Of a DNA stretch of 64,000 bases, positions 52,758 to 64,000 are shown piece after piece. The notes below the pieces were generated by a model. That model saw only the letters and a program-made list of their open reading frames with translations. It was not told the DNA's origin and did no database searches. Numbering within the stretch: the first letter of the stretch is position 1; each line of letters begins with the position of its first letter. The DNA is from Macrostomum lignano. Its lineage: Eukaryota. The DNA is taken from NCBI GenBank assembly GCA_002269645.1, contig NIVC01003014.1, positions 61,392 through 125,391 of the forward strand, written 5' to 3'. A program made the translations under genes and the position numbers.

Positions 52758-53022
52758 GACTAACTGACTGACTAACTAACTGACTGACTAACTAACTGAC
52801 TGACTAACTAACTAACTAACTAACTGACTGACTAACTAACTAACTAACTGACTGACTAACTAACTAACTAACTAACTGACTAACTAACTAACTAACTGAC
52901 TAACTAACTAACTAACTGACTAACTAACTAACTAACTAACTAACTGACTAACTAACTAACTAACTAACTAACTGACTAACTAACTAACTAACTAACTGAC
53001 TAACTAACTAACTAACTAACTG

Positions 53023-53057
<35 letters not shown>

Positions 53058-53461
53058 GACTGACTAACTAACTAACTGACTAACTGACTAACTAACTAAC
53101 TAACTGACTAACTAACTAACTAACTGACTAACTAACTAACTAACTAACTGACTAACTAACTAACTAACTAACTAACTGACTAACTAACTAACTAACTGAC
53201 TGACTAACTAACTATCTAACTAACTAACTAACTAACTAACAACTAACTAACTGACTAACTAACTAACTAACTAACTGACTAACTAACTAACTAACTGACT
53301 AACTAACTAACTAACTGACTAACTAACTGACTAACTAACTGACTAACTAACTAACTAACTGACTAACTAACTGACTAACTAACTGACTAACTAACTGACT
53401 AACTAACTGACTAAGTAACTAACTGACTAACTGACTAACTGACTAACTGACTAACTAACTG

Positions 53462-53492
<31 letters not shown>

Positions 53493-53510
53493 GACTAACT
53501 AACTAAGTAA
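52008..53510. repeat. 1.5-kb (CTAA/CTGA)n microsatellite
   Basis: Directly visible; starts right after the SINE-like fragment. Confidence 0.97.
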
Positions 53511-53643
53511 ATAAAAATAACTAAAGAACTGGCTAAGTATCTAAAAAACAAAGGAAAATCCTGTCCTTCCTAACTGACTAACTTTTCCTTGTTTAAAGAA
53601 TGCCGTGTGCAGCAACAGCACACAAAAAACACAAACAGAAGCC

Positions 53644-56600
53644 TCAAACGTTCAATCCAGCCCGGCTGCTGGTATCACGCGACTCGCCAGTCTGCTGCAG
53701 CAATCGCTGACTTTCAAACACAGCCGCGGTATCCGCCGTGTCAACTATAGACGAGCCGCTCCTAGCGTCTGAGGCCAGTCGTGCTCGCTGATTGGGATAA
53801 TCAGCCAGGGCGCTCAGTACCGCGTCGTGTACAGAAACGTACACGCTGTACTTGTCAGCGAACTCGCTGCGCTCTAACATCCGGCGGAATTGATGCTTGC
53901 AACAGGCGAATAGGATTGACACGCCTACGCGTTGATAATCGGCGATTAAGACGCGTAGAAAACTGGCGCCGACACTGTCGATGTAGTTGATGCCCGAGCA
54001 TTCAACTATGATGTGGTGCAGGCGGGTGGACTGGTTGGTCTGATGGCTGCTGCTGCTGGCCGTGTCCGAGGGGGCCGCACTGTTGGAGCCGGCTTCATCA
54101 TCGGCGGCTAACGACTGCGGGGACAGCTCCAGCTGCTGCTGGCGGTGCTGCGCCTCCTGGTGATGTTGATTGGGATTTGAGATGATATGAGTTGCTAGGG
54201 TTGAGGGGCGATTCTCAGGGTTGGGGCGATTCTCAGGGTTGGGGCGATTTTCAGGGTTGGGCGATTCTTTGGGTTGGGGCGATTCTCAGGGTTGGGGCGA
54301 TTCTCAGGGTTGGGGCGATTCTCAGGGTTGAGGCGATTCACAGGGTTGGGGCGATTCTTAGGGTTGGGGCGATTCACAGGGTTGCGGCGATTCTCAGGGT
54401 TGGGCAATTCTTAGGGTTGGGGCGATTCTTAGGGTTGGGGCGATTCACAGGGTTGGGGCGATTCTCAGGGTTGGGGCGATTCTCAGGGTTGGGGCGATTC
54501 TCAGGGTTGGGGCGATTTTCAGGGTTGGGCGATTCTTTGGGTTGGGGCGATTCTCAGGGTTGGGGCGATTCTCAGGGTTGGGGCGATTCACAGGGTTGGG
54601 GCGATTCTTAGGGTTGGGGCGATTCACAGGGTTGGGGCGATTCTCAGGGTTGGGCAATTCTTGGGGTTGGGGCGATTCTTAGGGTTGGGGCGATTCACAG
54701 GGTTGGGGCGATTCTTAGGGTTGGGGCGATTCTTAGGGTTGGGGCGATTCTCAGGGTTGGGGCGATTCTCAGGGTTGGGGCGATTCTCAGGGTTGGGCGA
54801 TTCTTAGGGTTGGGGCGATTCTCAAAGGGGCTGGAGGGCGATTGTCAAAAATGTTGGAGAGCCATTCTCAATGAAGCTGGAGGGCGATTCTCAATGGGAC
54901 TGGAGGGCGATTCTCAATGAGGCTGGAGGGCGATTCTCAATGGGGCTGGAGGGCGATTCTCAATGAGGCTGGAGGGCGATTCTCAATGAGGCTGGAGGGC
55001 GATTCTCAATGAGGCTGGAGGGCGATTCTCAGTGGTGTAATTTGTATGCTAGTCAAAAGTTAGTTAATAGAATAAAAAGAAATCAAAGTTCAGTCCGCAA
55101 TGCAGATGCATATAAGACACGCCTCCCTCACCTGCTCCAGCTGCTGAGCCTCGGCCAGTTTCGGGTCAAACCCGGTCAACTTCATCAGCCGATACCGAAA
55201 ATTGTCAACGCTAGCAAAGTACAGAGCTCCGTCGAAGCGAAACACCGCAACCCCCGGCACCTGTACGGCGCTGGGATAGAACCTCACATCCTTATAGATG
55301 TCCGTGGTCGGCAACCGGCCGAGAATAGATGTACTTGGCGATTGCGTTCGGCAGACAACCGTTAGCAGACTGTAAGCAAATCCTAGCATGAGTCCGTAGC
55401 TCACATTGAGAATTACAACTCCAAAAAAGCAGACAATCCAAATGCTAAAGTCATATTTTGATATGCGATAAAGTTTCACAGCGTCTCCAAATTGCATAAA
55501 TAAGCCTTTTAAAGCTACGATGATAATGCAAGCTAGCACTGCAGTTGGCAGTTCGCGAAATAGTGGTCCAAGGAATAGCAGTACGAATATCATGAGACTC
55601 GCTGCGATCAGGCTGGCAACCTGCAGAGGCGGGTTGGAGTTAATGTGGTGCTCAAGAAGTCATATAGGCAAATTTATCAGTACGAGGGCGCAATGAGGAA
55701 ACATGGAGAGGATGACTGAGACACATCGCCAAGACACACATCAGGATGAGACACATCACCAAGACACACATCAGGATGAGACAAATCACCAAGACGCACA
55801 TCACCAAGACACACATCAGGATGAGACACATCACCAAGACACACATCAGGATGAGACACATCGCCAAGACACACATCAGGATGAGACACATCGCCAAGAC
55901 ACACATCAGGATGAGACACATCGCCAAGACACACATCAGGATGAGACACATCGCCAAGACACACATCAGGATGAGACACATCGCCAAGACACACATCAGG
56001 ATGAGACACATCGCCAAGACACACATCAGGATGAGACACATCGCCAAGACACACATCAGGATGAGACACATCACCAAGACACACATCAGGATGAGACACA
56101 TCCCAAGACACACATCAGGATGAGACACATCCCAAGAAACTTGTCAGATGAGACATCAGGAAGACACGCACAAGAAGACACAAGTTAGCATCAGAAAATC
56201 CACACAGAATCAGAATGATGTAAGGATGTAACGCAAAATCACCTGAGTCCGACCGCCCATATCCTCTTGCACCTGCGATCGACTTAACGATCCGGCAGAG
56301 AAGTAGCAACCAAACACGGGTCCAACAGTGTTAACAATGCCGCTAGCTAATAACTCCTGATTAGAATCTAGCAAGTAGCCATGCTTATTAGCGTAGATCT
56401 TGCATATAGAAAAGGTGCAAACGTACATTATGATAGCTAGCATGAAAGCGTCCTGCCAGACCAGGTGAAACAAGCCAATCGACGGCATACTGGGCGCCCG
56501 CAATCCGCTCGGTATCTCGCCAACAATATCAACTGCGTAGGCTGTGTGCAAATGACCGAAATGTCCAATGGAAGTGCCCAGCACAACCAGGATCAGTTCG

Positions 56601-58404
56601 ATTGGCACCGGGAAACGGCACAGTTTCGATAGTTTAGCATTAATTATTAATCTGAATAACAGTAGCAGACAGATGCACACTATTGATATGATCACGCTGG
56701 CAGGATTTGTGTCCGGCAATCTATCGATAATGTCCATATAGGAGTGGATCAGCTTGAAGGAGCTGGCGTGACGCGGCACCTTAATGCCGAATATGGCTGG
56801 CACCTGGGACGGGTTGAAGGTTAGAAGTTTTTAGTAAAGCGACTTATAAAAGCGAAAAGTACAACCCACTGGGACCCTGAATAGTAACAATGACAACTGC
56901 AGGTCTGTGGGGACCCTTCGGCGACATCATCCCACAACCAGCTGTGAGGCAAATTCTGACAATTCCATTGGCTCTTGAGCACATATTATCGCGGGCCACG
57001 CACTCATTCATACACACACTCAGACAGGATGTACACCAACCATGACTTTATAACCGTCAGACATGTACACTCTCTGCCTCGGAGGTGGAGGTGCAATCTA
57101 AGCCTAAACAGCTGTTACATGTACTATTAGACGCTGAAAAGAAAGATTGTGCAATTAAAAGCACCGAAAAATAAAAATTCACAGATCGGTTAAAAAATGC
57201 CCGAATGATATTAGTATATCCTTGATCTGGGACTTTGATTTCAAAAATGGACAGACAGAACAGAAAGCTCTTCTTCAAGCTACTCAAACTACAGGTAGAC
57301 CTCCAAACTAGGCCAAAAGCACTACTGGCATTCTAGTCTCAAATCTAGGCCACAGCCAAGATTAATAAAGACCAACCTGCGACGTCATAACGTGAAACGC
57401 AGCCCCAGTAGTGAATCCGGAAACCAACGGAGTGCTCAAATAGATGGTTATAAATCCGAATCGAAACAGGCCAAGACCAATTTGAATTAGACCGGCCAAC
57501 AATGTGACACTTAAAGCCACCTGAATTCGATATTGATTCAATCCATCTTCCGTGTAGTTGCCATGCGGCACAGGTAGACTAGTTGTTGCATTATTAATTA
57601 TGGCAACAGGAGCTTCAGTCGAAATGCTCATAGTTGGCAGCGGGCCAAGAATGTCAGCTAGAGCTGGAGTTAATTGTACGCCAACAATACGAACTACTGG
57701 CACGGCAACCATTAGGCTAGACAGAGCGAATGTGCCCATGCTAACCTGTCTAGATGTGCCAAAGAAGAAGTACAATATCAATGGGAAGAATCCCAGATAT
57801 AGGCCGCAAACTGGTGGCAAATCGGCTAGCATAGCGTAGGCCATGCCCTGTGGTATGTTCATGATACCAACCGTTAATCCGGCTATAGTATCGGCAATAA
57901 GATCTGACCTCCACTGGTACTGACGGATTACACTAATAAATGGGAACAGGCTTAACAGGCAGTCTAATAGGCAACGCTTCGAGCAATGCCCATCGTTGCC
58001 GGCACCACCGAACCGGTGCCAGATAGCAGCTGACGCAAGGATAAGCTACTAGTTTTAGGCCGAGTAAACCGATACCTAGCATCGAAATGAGTCTGCGTTA
58101 GAATTGTTGGCTTCCGACGATGACGATCTTTATTTCTACCCGCCTGCCGCCTTGTCTCTTCGCCTTCGTTTAACAATGGTCGATAGTGACAGTTTCTACT
58201 GGACAGTGACGACAAGGATTGATTAAGATGATGCTCTTCGTCATCTAAGTCGTCTTCTTCTTCATCATAGAGGCTGCCACTGATGCGTCGCTGACTATCG
58301 GGCAAGGAATCAGCAAATAGTGATGCAGCTGCACTATTATTCTGATCTGATACTGAAGCTGCTGCCACTGCTACTGAGTGACCATTCATGCTGGATGTTG
58401 CCAT
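53644..58404 (-). CDS. SLC26 anion transporter (prestin/SLC26A5-A6-like) with STAS domain; exons 58404-57377, 56803-56243, 55620-55132, 54156-53644; 1-bp frameshift near 58011; ~863 aa if corrected
   Basis: DLIADTIAGLTVGIMNIPQGMAYAMLA, FGTSRQVSMGTFA, SGFTTGAAFHVMTSQ, NQELLASG, AGSLSRS, FRFDGALYFAS and STAS HHIIVECSGINYIDSVG. All three junctions are phase 0 GT-AG. Paralogue assignment uncertain, so no symbol is given. Confidence 0.92.
54195..55032. repeat. 18-bp (GGGGCGATTCTCAGGGTT) array switching to the 23-bp GGCGATTCTCA family unit, SLC26 intron 3
   Basis: Directly visible; switch at ~54820. Confidence 0.95.
55715..56165. repeat. 30-bp minisatellite (GATGAGACACATCGCCAAGACACACATCAG), SLC26 intron 2
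   Basis: Directly visible; source of four false ORFs. Confidence 0.95.
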
Positions 58405-58921
58405 ACTATATTAATGTATTTGAGGCATGACTTGTTTATAACTGTGTTGCTGTAAATGGACAATTGATATATGATGATACTATTTGATATGATATCTTTA
58501 GCACAAAAAACACAAAATATTAGTACACTGAACATTCGTTTGGTACTTTCAACAATCATAAATGCTCAACTGCCAAACAACCCAGCCAATCTGGTCGTGC
58601 ATATCTTAAATTGTGGCAGACCAAGGATAAGTTGCATTTAAATTGAAGACTATTCTGACAATTTCTAACAAAAATTAGAAAAAATCTATAAAAAAACACA
58701 GGGGTGCCCTGTAAAATTTGCAATAGCGTAGGCAAACTCTGATCCTAGACGCACAGCTGCACAGCATCACAGAAACTTTTTTCATAGTTAACCTAAATTT
58801 ATTCAGTTTTGTTACTCTTTGAGCAATAAAAGCAAGCTTTTATGCAATTTAAATTCTTTGATTGCTCAATTTAAGGATTTTAAACATGCTTAAGTGTGCA
58901 GGTGCACCAATTGATTTCTTT

Positions 58922-59601
58922 AGGCTGGAGGGCGATTCTCAATGAGGCTGGAGGGCGATTCTCAATGAGGCTGGAGGGCGATTCTCAATGAGGCTGGATA
59001 GCGATTCTCAATGAGGCTGGAGGGCGATTCTCAATGAGGCTGGAGGGCGATTCTCAATGGCTGCTGGAGGGCGATTCTCAATGAGGCTGGAGGGCGATTC
59101 TCAATGAGGCTGGAGGGCGATTCTCAATGAGGCTGGAGGGCGATTCTCAATGAGGCTGGAGGGCGATTCTCAATGAGGCTGGAGGGCGATTCTCAATGAG
59201 GCTGGAGGGCGATTCTCAATGAGGCTAGAGGGCGATTCTCAATGAGGCTGGAGGGCGATTCTCAATGAGGCTGGAGGGCGATTCTCAATGAGGCTGGAGG
59301 GCGATTCTCAATGGGGCTGGAGGGCGATTCTCAATGGGATTGGAGGGCGATTCTCAATGGGATTGGAGGGCGATTCTCAATGGGGCTGGAGGGCGATTCT
59401 CAATGGGACTGGATGGCGATTTTTAATGAGGCTGGAGTGCGATTCTCAATGAGGCTGGAGGGCGATTCTCAATGAGGCTGGAGGGCGATTTTCAATGAGG
59501 CTGGAGGGCGATTCTCAATGAGGCTGGAGGGCGATTTTCAAAGAGGCTGGAGGGCGATTCTTAATGAGGCTGGAGGGCGATTCTCAATGAGGCTGGAGGG
59601 C
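58922..59601. repeat. 23-bp minisatellite (GAGGGCGATTCTCAATGAGGCTG), ~29 copies, upstream of SLC26
   Basis: Same family and orientation as 32821-35731. Confidence 0.96.
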
Positions 59602-62600
59602 AAAGGATTTGATGTCAATAAAAATTATTATTTTTGATAACCATCTCATAATTCCTTTCTATCCTACCCTGTCACAGTTTGGATAATGCAGAAAATGTAA
59701 GCTTAATATGCTATGCAAAGCATTTGCTAGTATATGCCAGTGTACAAAACTTATCTCAAGGCTATATTTAGGTGTACACTAGAGCAGAGTGACATGTACT
59801 TGTACACACTATATTGGCACTTTAATATCTAGTTTTCATTGGCATAATAAGAAAGTATGTCATCTTATTTATGAGAAAGCATATTAAAAATGTAAACTTC
59901 ATAGACAATTAGGCTATGGGCTTTTGTATTTTTAAACTGAACAAAAAAGCTTAGTTCTACAAGGGATATCCAAGAAGTGGTATTACTTTTGTGTGTAAGA
60001 CTGATTCTAATAGAACAGTTTATTAGGAAACCACAACATAATAAGCAACACAATCTAGCAATTTTTAACTTAGAATTTCAAAAATTGAACAAACACAATA
60101 AAACCTAGAACAAGTTCTAAATAAGACCCACAATGTATTTATATACACAGTTAAGCAATAACTCATAATCATCTATAGGCATTATATACTCTTTTTAACA
60201 GTTTCTATATAACTAGATATACTTCTGCTAATATTAGTAAAGTGAATCAATTGGATTGCCATAAATAATACATTAGTATATAACATCTATGTATAGCATC
60301 CAATATGCAATCTCCATTCTTGTATGTTGTATATATGCCCTAGCAGCAGTTACCAAAGTGCTAAAATTCCAAAATGCAAAAATTGCAAATATCCTAGGTT
60401 TATTTATGTGATATAGATGTTATAGCATCTTAACTTTCGAAATTACATCTTCAAATTAGACCATAGGTATGATTTTATATTTTAGCACCAATGAAAAACC
60501 TATGCTAGGTTTTTTATGCAATATAGATGTGGTTGCAACTTTCTTAGTCATTTCTTTAGTTCACCTTCACTTGTCTCTGTTTACTGTTTTCTCTCTTTGT
60601 CTAGCTCAATCTTGTTATACTTATCTCTCTCTCTCTTGCTGCCTTCTGATTGGCTCTCCATTCTCACCTTTCTTTAGTTGCGCACTCTACCCCTCTCTTT
60701 ATTATCTTCAATTCAACCCCCCCTTGCAATTTAATGTCATATAAATATATTGGTTTGGGCCCTGCACCCACTTACTGCTCCTTCTTTCTCAGTATCAATT
60801 TAATTCTAATTTAAATGTTGTTAGCTAAGTTTTTAGTCTTATTATTTTCTTGACAGATGCTATATAATATATTGACTATCTAAATTGTATCTTGAAATTG
60901 GACTTTGGATGCAATTTTATATCTTGGCACTAGCAAAAAAACTAGCACATATTTTTCCTGCTAAGTGAATATTAGCCTCTATGCCTAGAACAAATCTTGC
61001 TTACTATTGCTATTGTTTTCTAATTCCACATTTGCATAGCCTTATATATACTCTTCTTTTATGCTAACATAAAAGTAATATAATTTGTATATTTTTATGG
61101 CCAATGGTAGGTCTAAAATGATAAATATATACAAAAAAATGGACTTTTAGTGCTAAACTAAAATAAACCAATTACTTAATAAATATAAAAAATAGTATTA
61201 TACATTTTTATCTTAGTAGAAAAAATGCCACTATTGAGGATAAAATGAGGATAAAATGAAAAAATGAAAAAATGAGGATACCCTTGTAACATGTTATAGG
61301 CTTCATTTCTAGTAGACTAACTAACTTTCTTAAAAATGTAAAAATTCAAAACTCTATTATTTGTTATACTGTACAAATATTAGAAATATTTTATATATTT
61401 TGTATATTTTATATGTTGTTTTGTTTTAAATAGTAGGAGAATTTTACTATAAAAGGAAGCCAGTTGAGAGCCTTGAACTTGTTACTTGATAAACTTGTTA
61501 AGCTTGCTTCGAACTTGATCTATTTCAGCTTTTTAAAGCCTTTTTGTAGTAGTAGTAAGTTGGCTCAGGCAAGAAGCTTGTTTGGCCAGTATATTTCTGT
61601 GTATTTAAGATATTTTAGCATTAGTTGTTTAATTACGATTAAGTTCAAAAGGTTAAATTTGTTCAAAAGGTTAAATTTTTACATGAGTAACGATGCGAGT
61701 TACGATATTTGTAAAATTATTAAGGTATTTGAAAGAGCGTTTTTTTGTTAAAAGATGTAGTATTTTGCAAGCGCGCGATATTTCAAAGCGTGAAAAACGA
61801 ACATGAACATACTTCGAAAGAACTTTACATTTAACGAATAACGACGATTTAAATAGGTATTAGATAGGAAACTAATTAAATACTAATTAAATAGGAAATT
61901 AAAAAGACAGTAAATGAATAAACAAATGAAAAGCGGATTTATTACACTGCTGATATATCTGTTTCAGTTTGCATAACTGTTTTAGCTATTCATGACTTCA
62001 TATATTTTAGCTACACCAGTGAGCTCTTTTCTGACTCTTTTTCATTTGTAGCATATCCTAACTTGTGTACTTGCTTGTCATTTAAGAGGTACTGACAGAA
62101 GTATTTTTTCTGATCTTTTCAGTTTGTGGACATTCGGTCAAGTAGCGTAGGATATCGGAACCATTTCTCACTCCACACAGTCTACATGCTTCATGAGAGA
62201 AAATGTTGGGTGTAATTTCGCATTTCAGTTTTAGAAGGGTTGTAAGGAATTTTTTGTTTCTAAAAGTACATGGAAAGTAATCTGAAAGGTCGGGCCTGCA
62301 GATTTTTTTGTAGAGATAGGCTTTTTGTAGAGTTTAATATGTTGCTGATTCTCTAGCTTTTGGCTAAGTTCTCTTTCTCTGTGTATCTTGAGGTGCTTTT
62401 TCACTAGGTATTTACTTTTACTTTGTGTAAGATAAAAGTCAAATTAGCCTTAGGGCTTATATTTGCTTGTGTTACTTATTTTGAGTAGTAGATAGTGACT
62501 TAGGAATAGCCTCAAGATTAAAAGAATTCAATTCATTCATCGAGAATGATATATCCAGATTTAGAGTCTGGGAAATCACCTGTAGAAGGCAGAAATCCTA

Positions 62601-64000
62601 CCACAAGGGTAGAATAGTCCAGAATCAGAGTCTGAAAACCTACCTCAGGGGGAATATCTAGGAAATAAGCTATGACCCTCTGATCCTAGGAATGCCTAAG
62701 ACTGAAAGAATAAAAAAACCTTATAGTATAGAGATAGGATAGTCAGTTCTATAAGTCCACTCAGGCCAAAAGTATAATATATGTATATATGCTACCAGTA
62801 GATTAATACATGTGCTACCAGTACATATATACACTACTAAAAGTACAACATCTGTAAAAGTACAAGTATTACATTTAAGAACTATTAGTACAACTTTGGA
62901 GACTTAATGGAGATTTTAATAGAAAGAAATTTAGCCCTGTGACAACTTAGTGGCAGTTTATAAGATTATATTAGGTTAGGGATTGAAGTGACCCTACATC
63001 AAATATATAAAGGTTATTATAAAATGCAAAGTCAATATAAAACCATTTTCTAATTTTAACCAGTTTGTTATATTGTCTTATAAATGAAATTTAGATAAAA
63101 TTCCTTTTTTACTTTTTAGTAGGTTTGCCTTGTTGCTTGAAGTTAAGAAATAACTTAATATATAAAATTATATCTAGACCTACAATAACTTTACAAAAAA
63201 CAAAACAATTTGGAGACATTATATAATCATAGATAGTCTATACTACTATACAAAAACTACAGATAAAACTACAGACTAATTTTCTATAGATCTTAAAGAA
63301 AATTAAATCAAAAAAATTGATTATCAATGAAATATTAATGAAATACTTTTGGACTTGTGCTTTAATAAACCATAGATAGCTAGGGGCCTATAGCATAGCT
63401 TATGAAATCATTATTTATAAGTAAAGTAATAAATTACTTTAATAACTTTTTATACTTGGTATTAAATTAGGTCCTAAGTTGAAATTGGTATTTTCTGGAA
63501 TGGCATATGATATAGTGTTTGACTTATTCATAGGTGAAAAAATGCAAATTTAGCTACTTTTTGGCTGGTCATGGCTTCACTAGGCCTAGCCTAGGCCTAT
63601 CATAACATTAATCAGAGGCATATTTAGAAATATAAATTATAAAATGAGTGGCGAATTTTACCAATAAGACTAAGAGTGGGGGCGTCATTAATATACACGA
63701 GAAGGCGTCATAATAAAGACCTTATGCGAGAGCCAACTAGCCGAGAGGGATGCCATAAGGCCTACGCCCTACCACACTAGAGAGTCTAGAGGGCGCCATG
63801 CGGAGCAAACTGAGCAAGCTGAGGACCTTACCCCCTTAAATACGCTTCTAACATTAACTAATCTAGTGAATTTAATCAGTGATAACTGAAAACTCATGAA
63901 AAATATATCTTATATCTAAAGCTGAGTGGATCGATCGATTGCCGCCGACCGGGTTTCCGTTTAACGCTTATCTCCTCACTTATTATATAAAAGTAAGCAA

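Noticed and set aside
55652-56188. His/Asp-rich (HQDETHRQDT)n protein on the + strand
   Set aside because: 30-bp minisatellite within SLC26 intron 2, open in several frames on both strands

Overview
Eukaryotic (animal) genomic DNA, not prokaryotic. There are spliceosomal GT-AG introns, GC/CpG-rich exons with poly-Q/poly-G inserts, and introns and intergenic space packed with micro- and minisatellites. The overall look suggests a flatworm of the Macrostomum type (inference only). Six protein-coding genes could be reconstructed by hand, all on the minus strand: (1) an intronless secreted PAN/Apple + C-type-lectin protein; (2) a neuropeptide precursor yielding 8 PWamide peptides (7x AYGVVPW-NH2, 1x AYGAVPW-NH2), whose coding exon has no ATG of its own; (3) an SLC49A4/DIRC2-like MFS transporter (2 coding exons); (4) a 10-exon PH-domain/coiled-coil protein like PLEKHA5/6/7; (5) ETFDH (3 exons); (6) an SLC26/prestin-like transporter with STAS domain (4 exons). 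ETFDH and SLC26 each carry a single-base frameshift. Most striking: almost every intron (14 of 16 in the four multi-exon housekeeping-type genes) is largely filled by a tandem array, nearly always of a different unit. One minisatellite family (core GGCGATTCTCA) recurs at four loci, and at one of them its terminal unit overlaps the 5' splice site. Also present: a MITE family with CACAGATAC termini and an 8-bp TSD (one copy has grown an internal 74-bp minisatellite), tRNA-derived SINE copies, a 5-copy 72-bp cassette embedded in CT-rich DNA, and a strongly CpG-depleted block at the right end. Most long ORFs in the supplied track are translations of repeats. All coordinates were read by eye; array edges are approximate.
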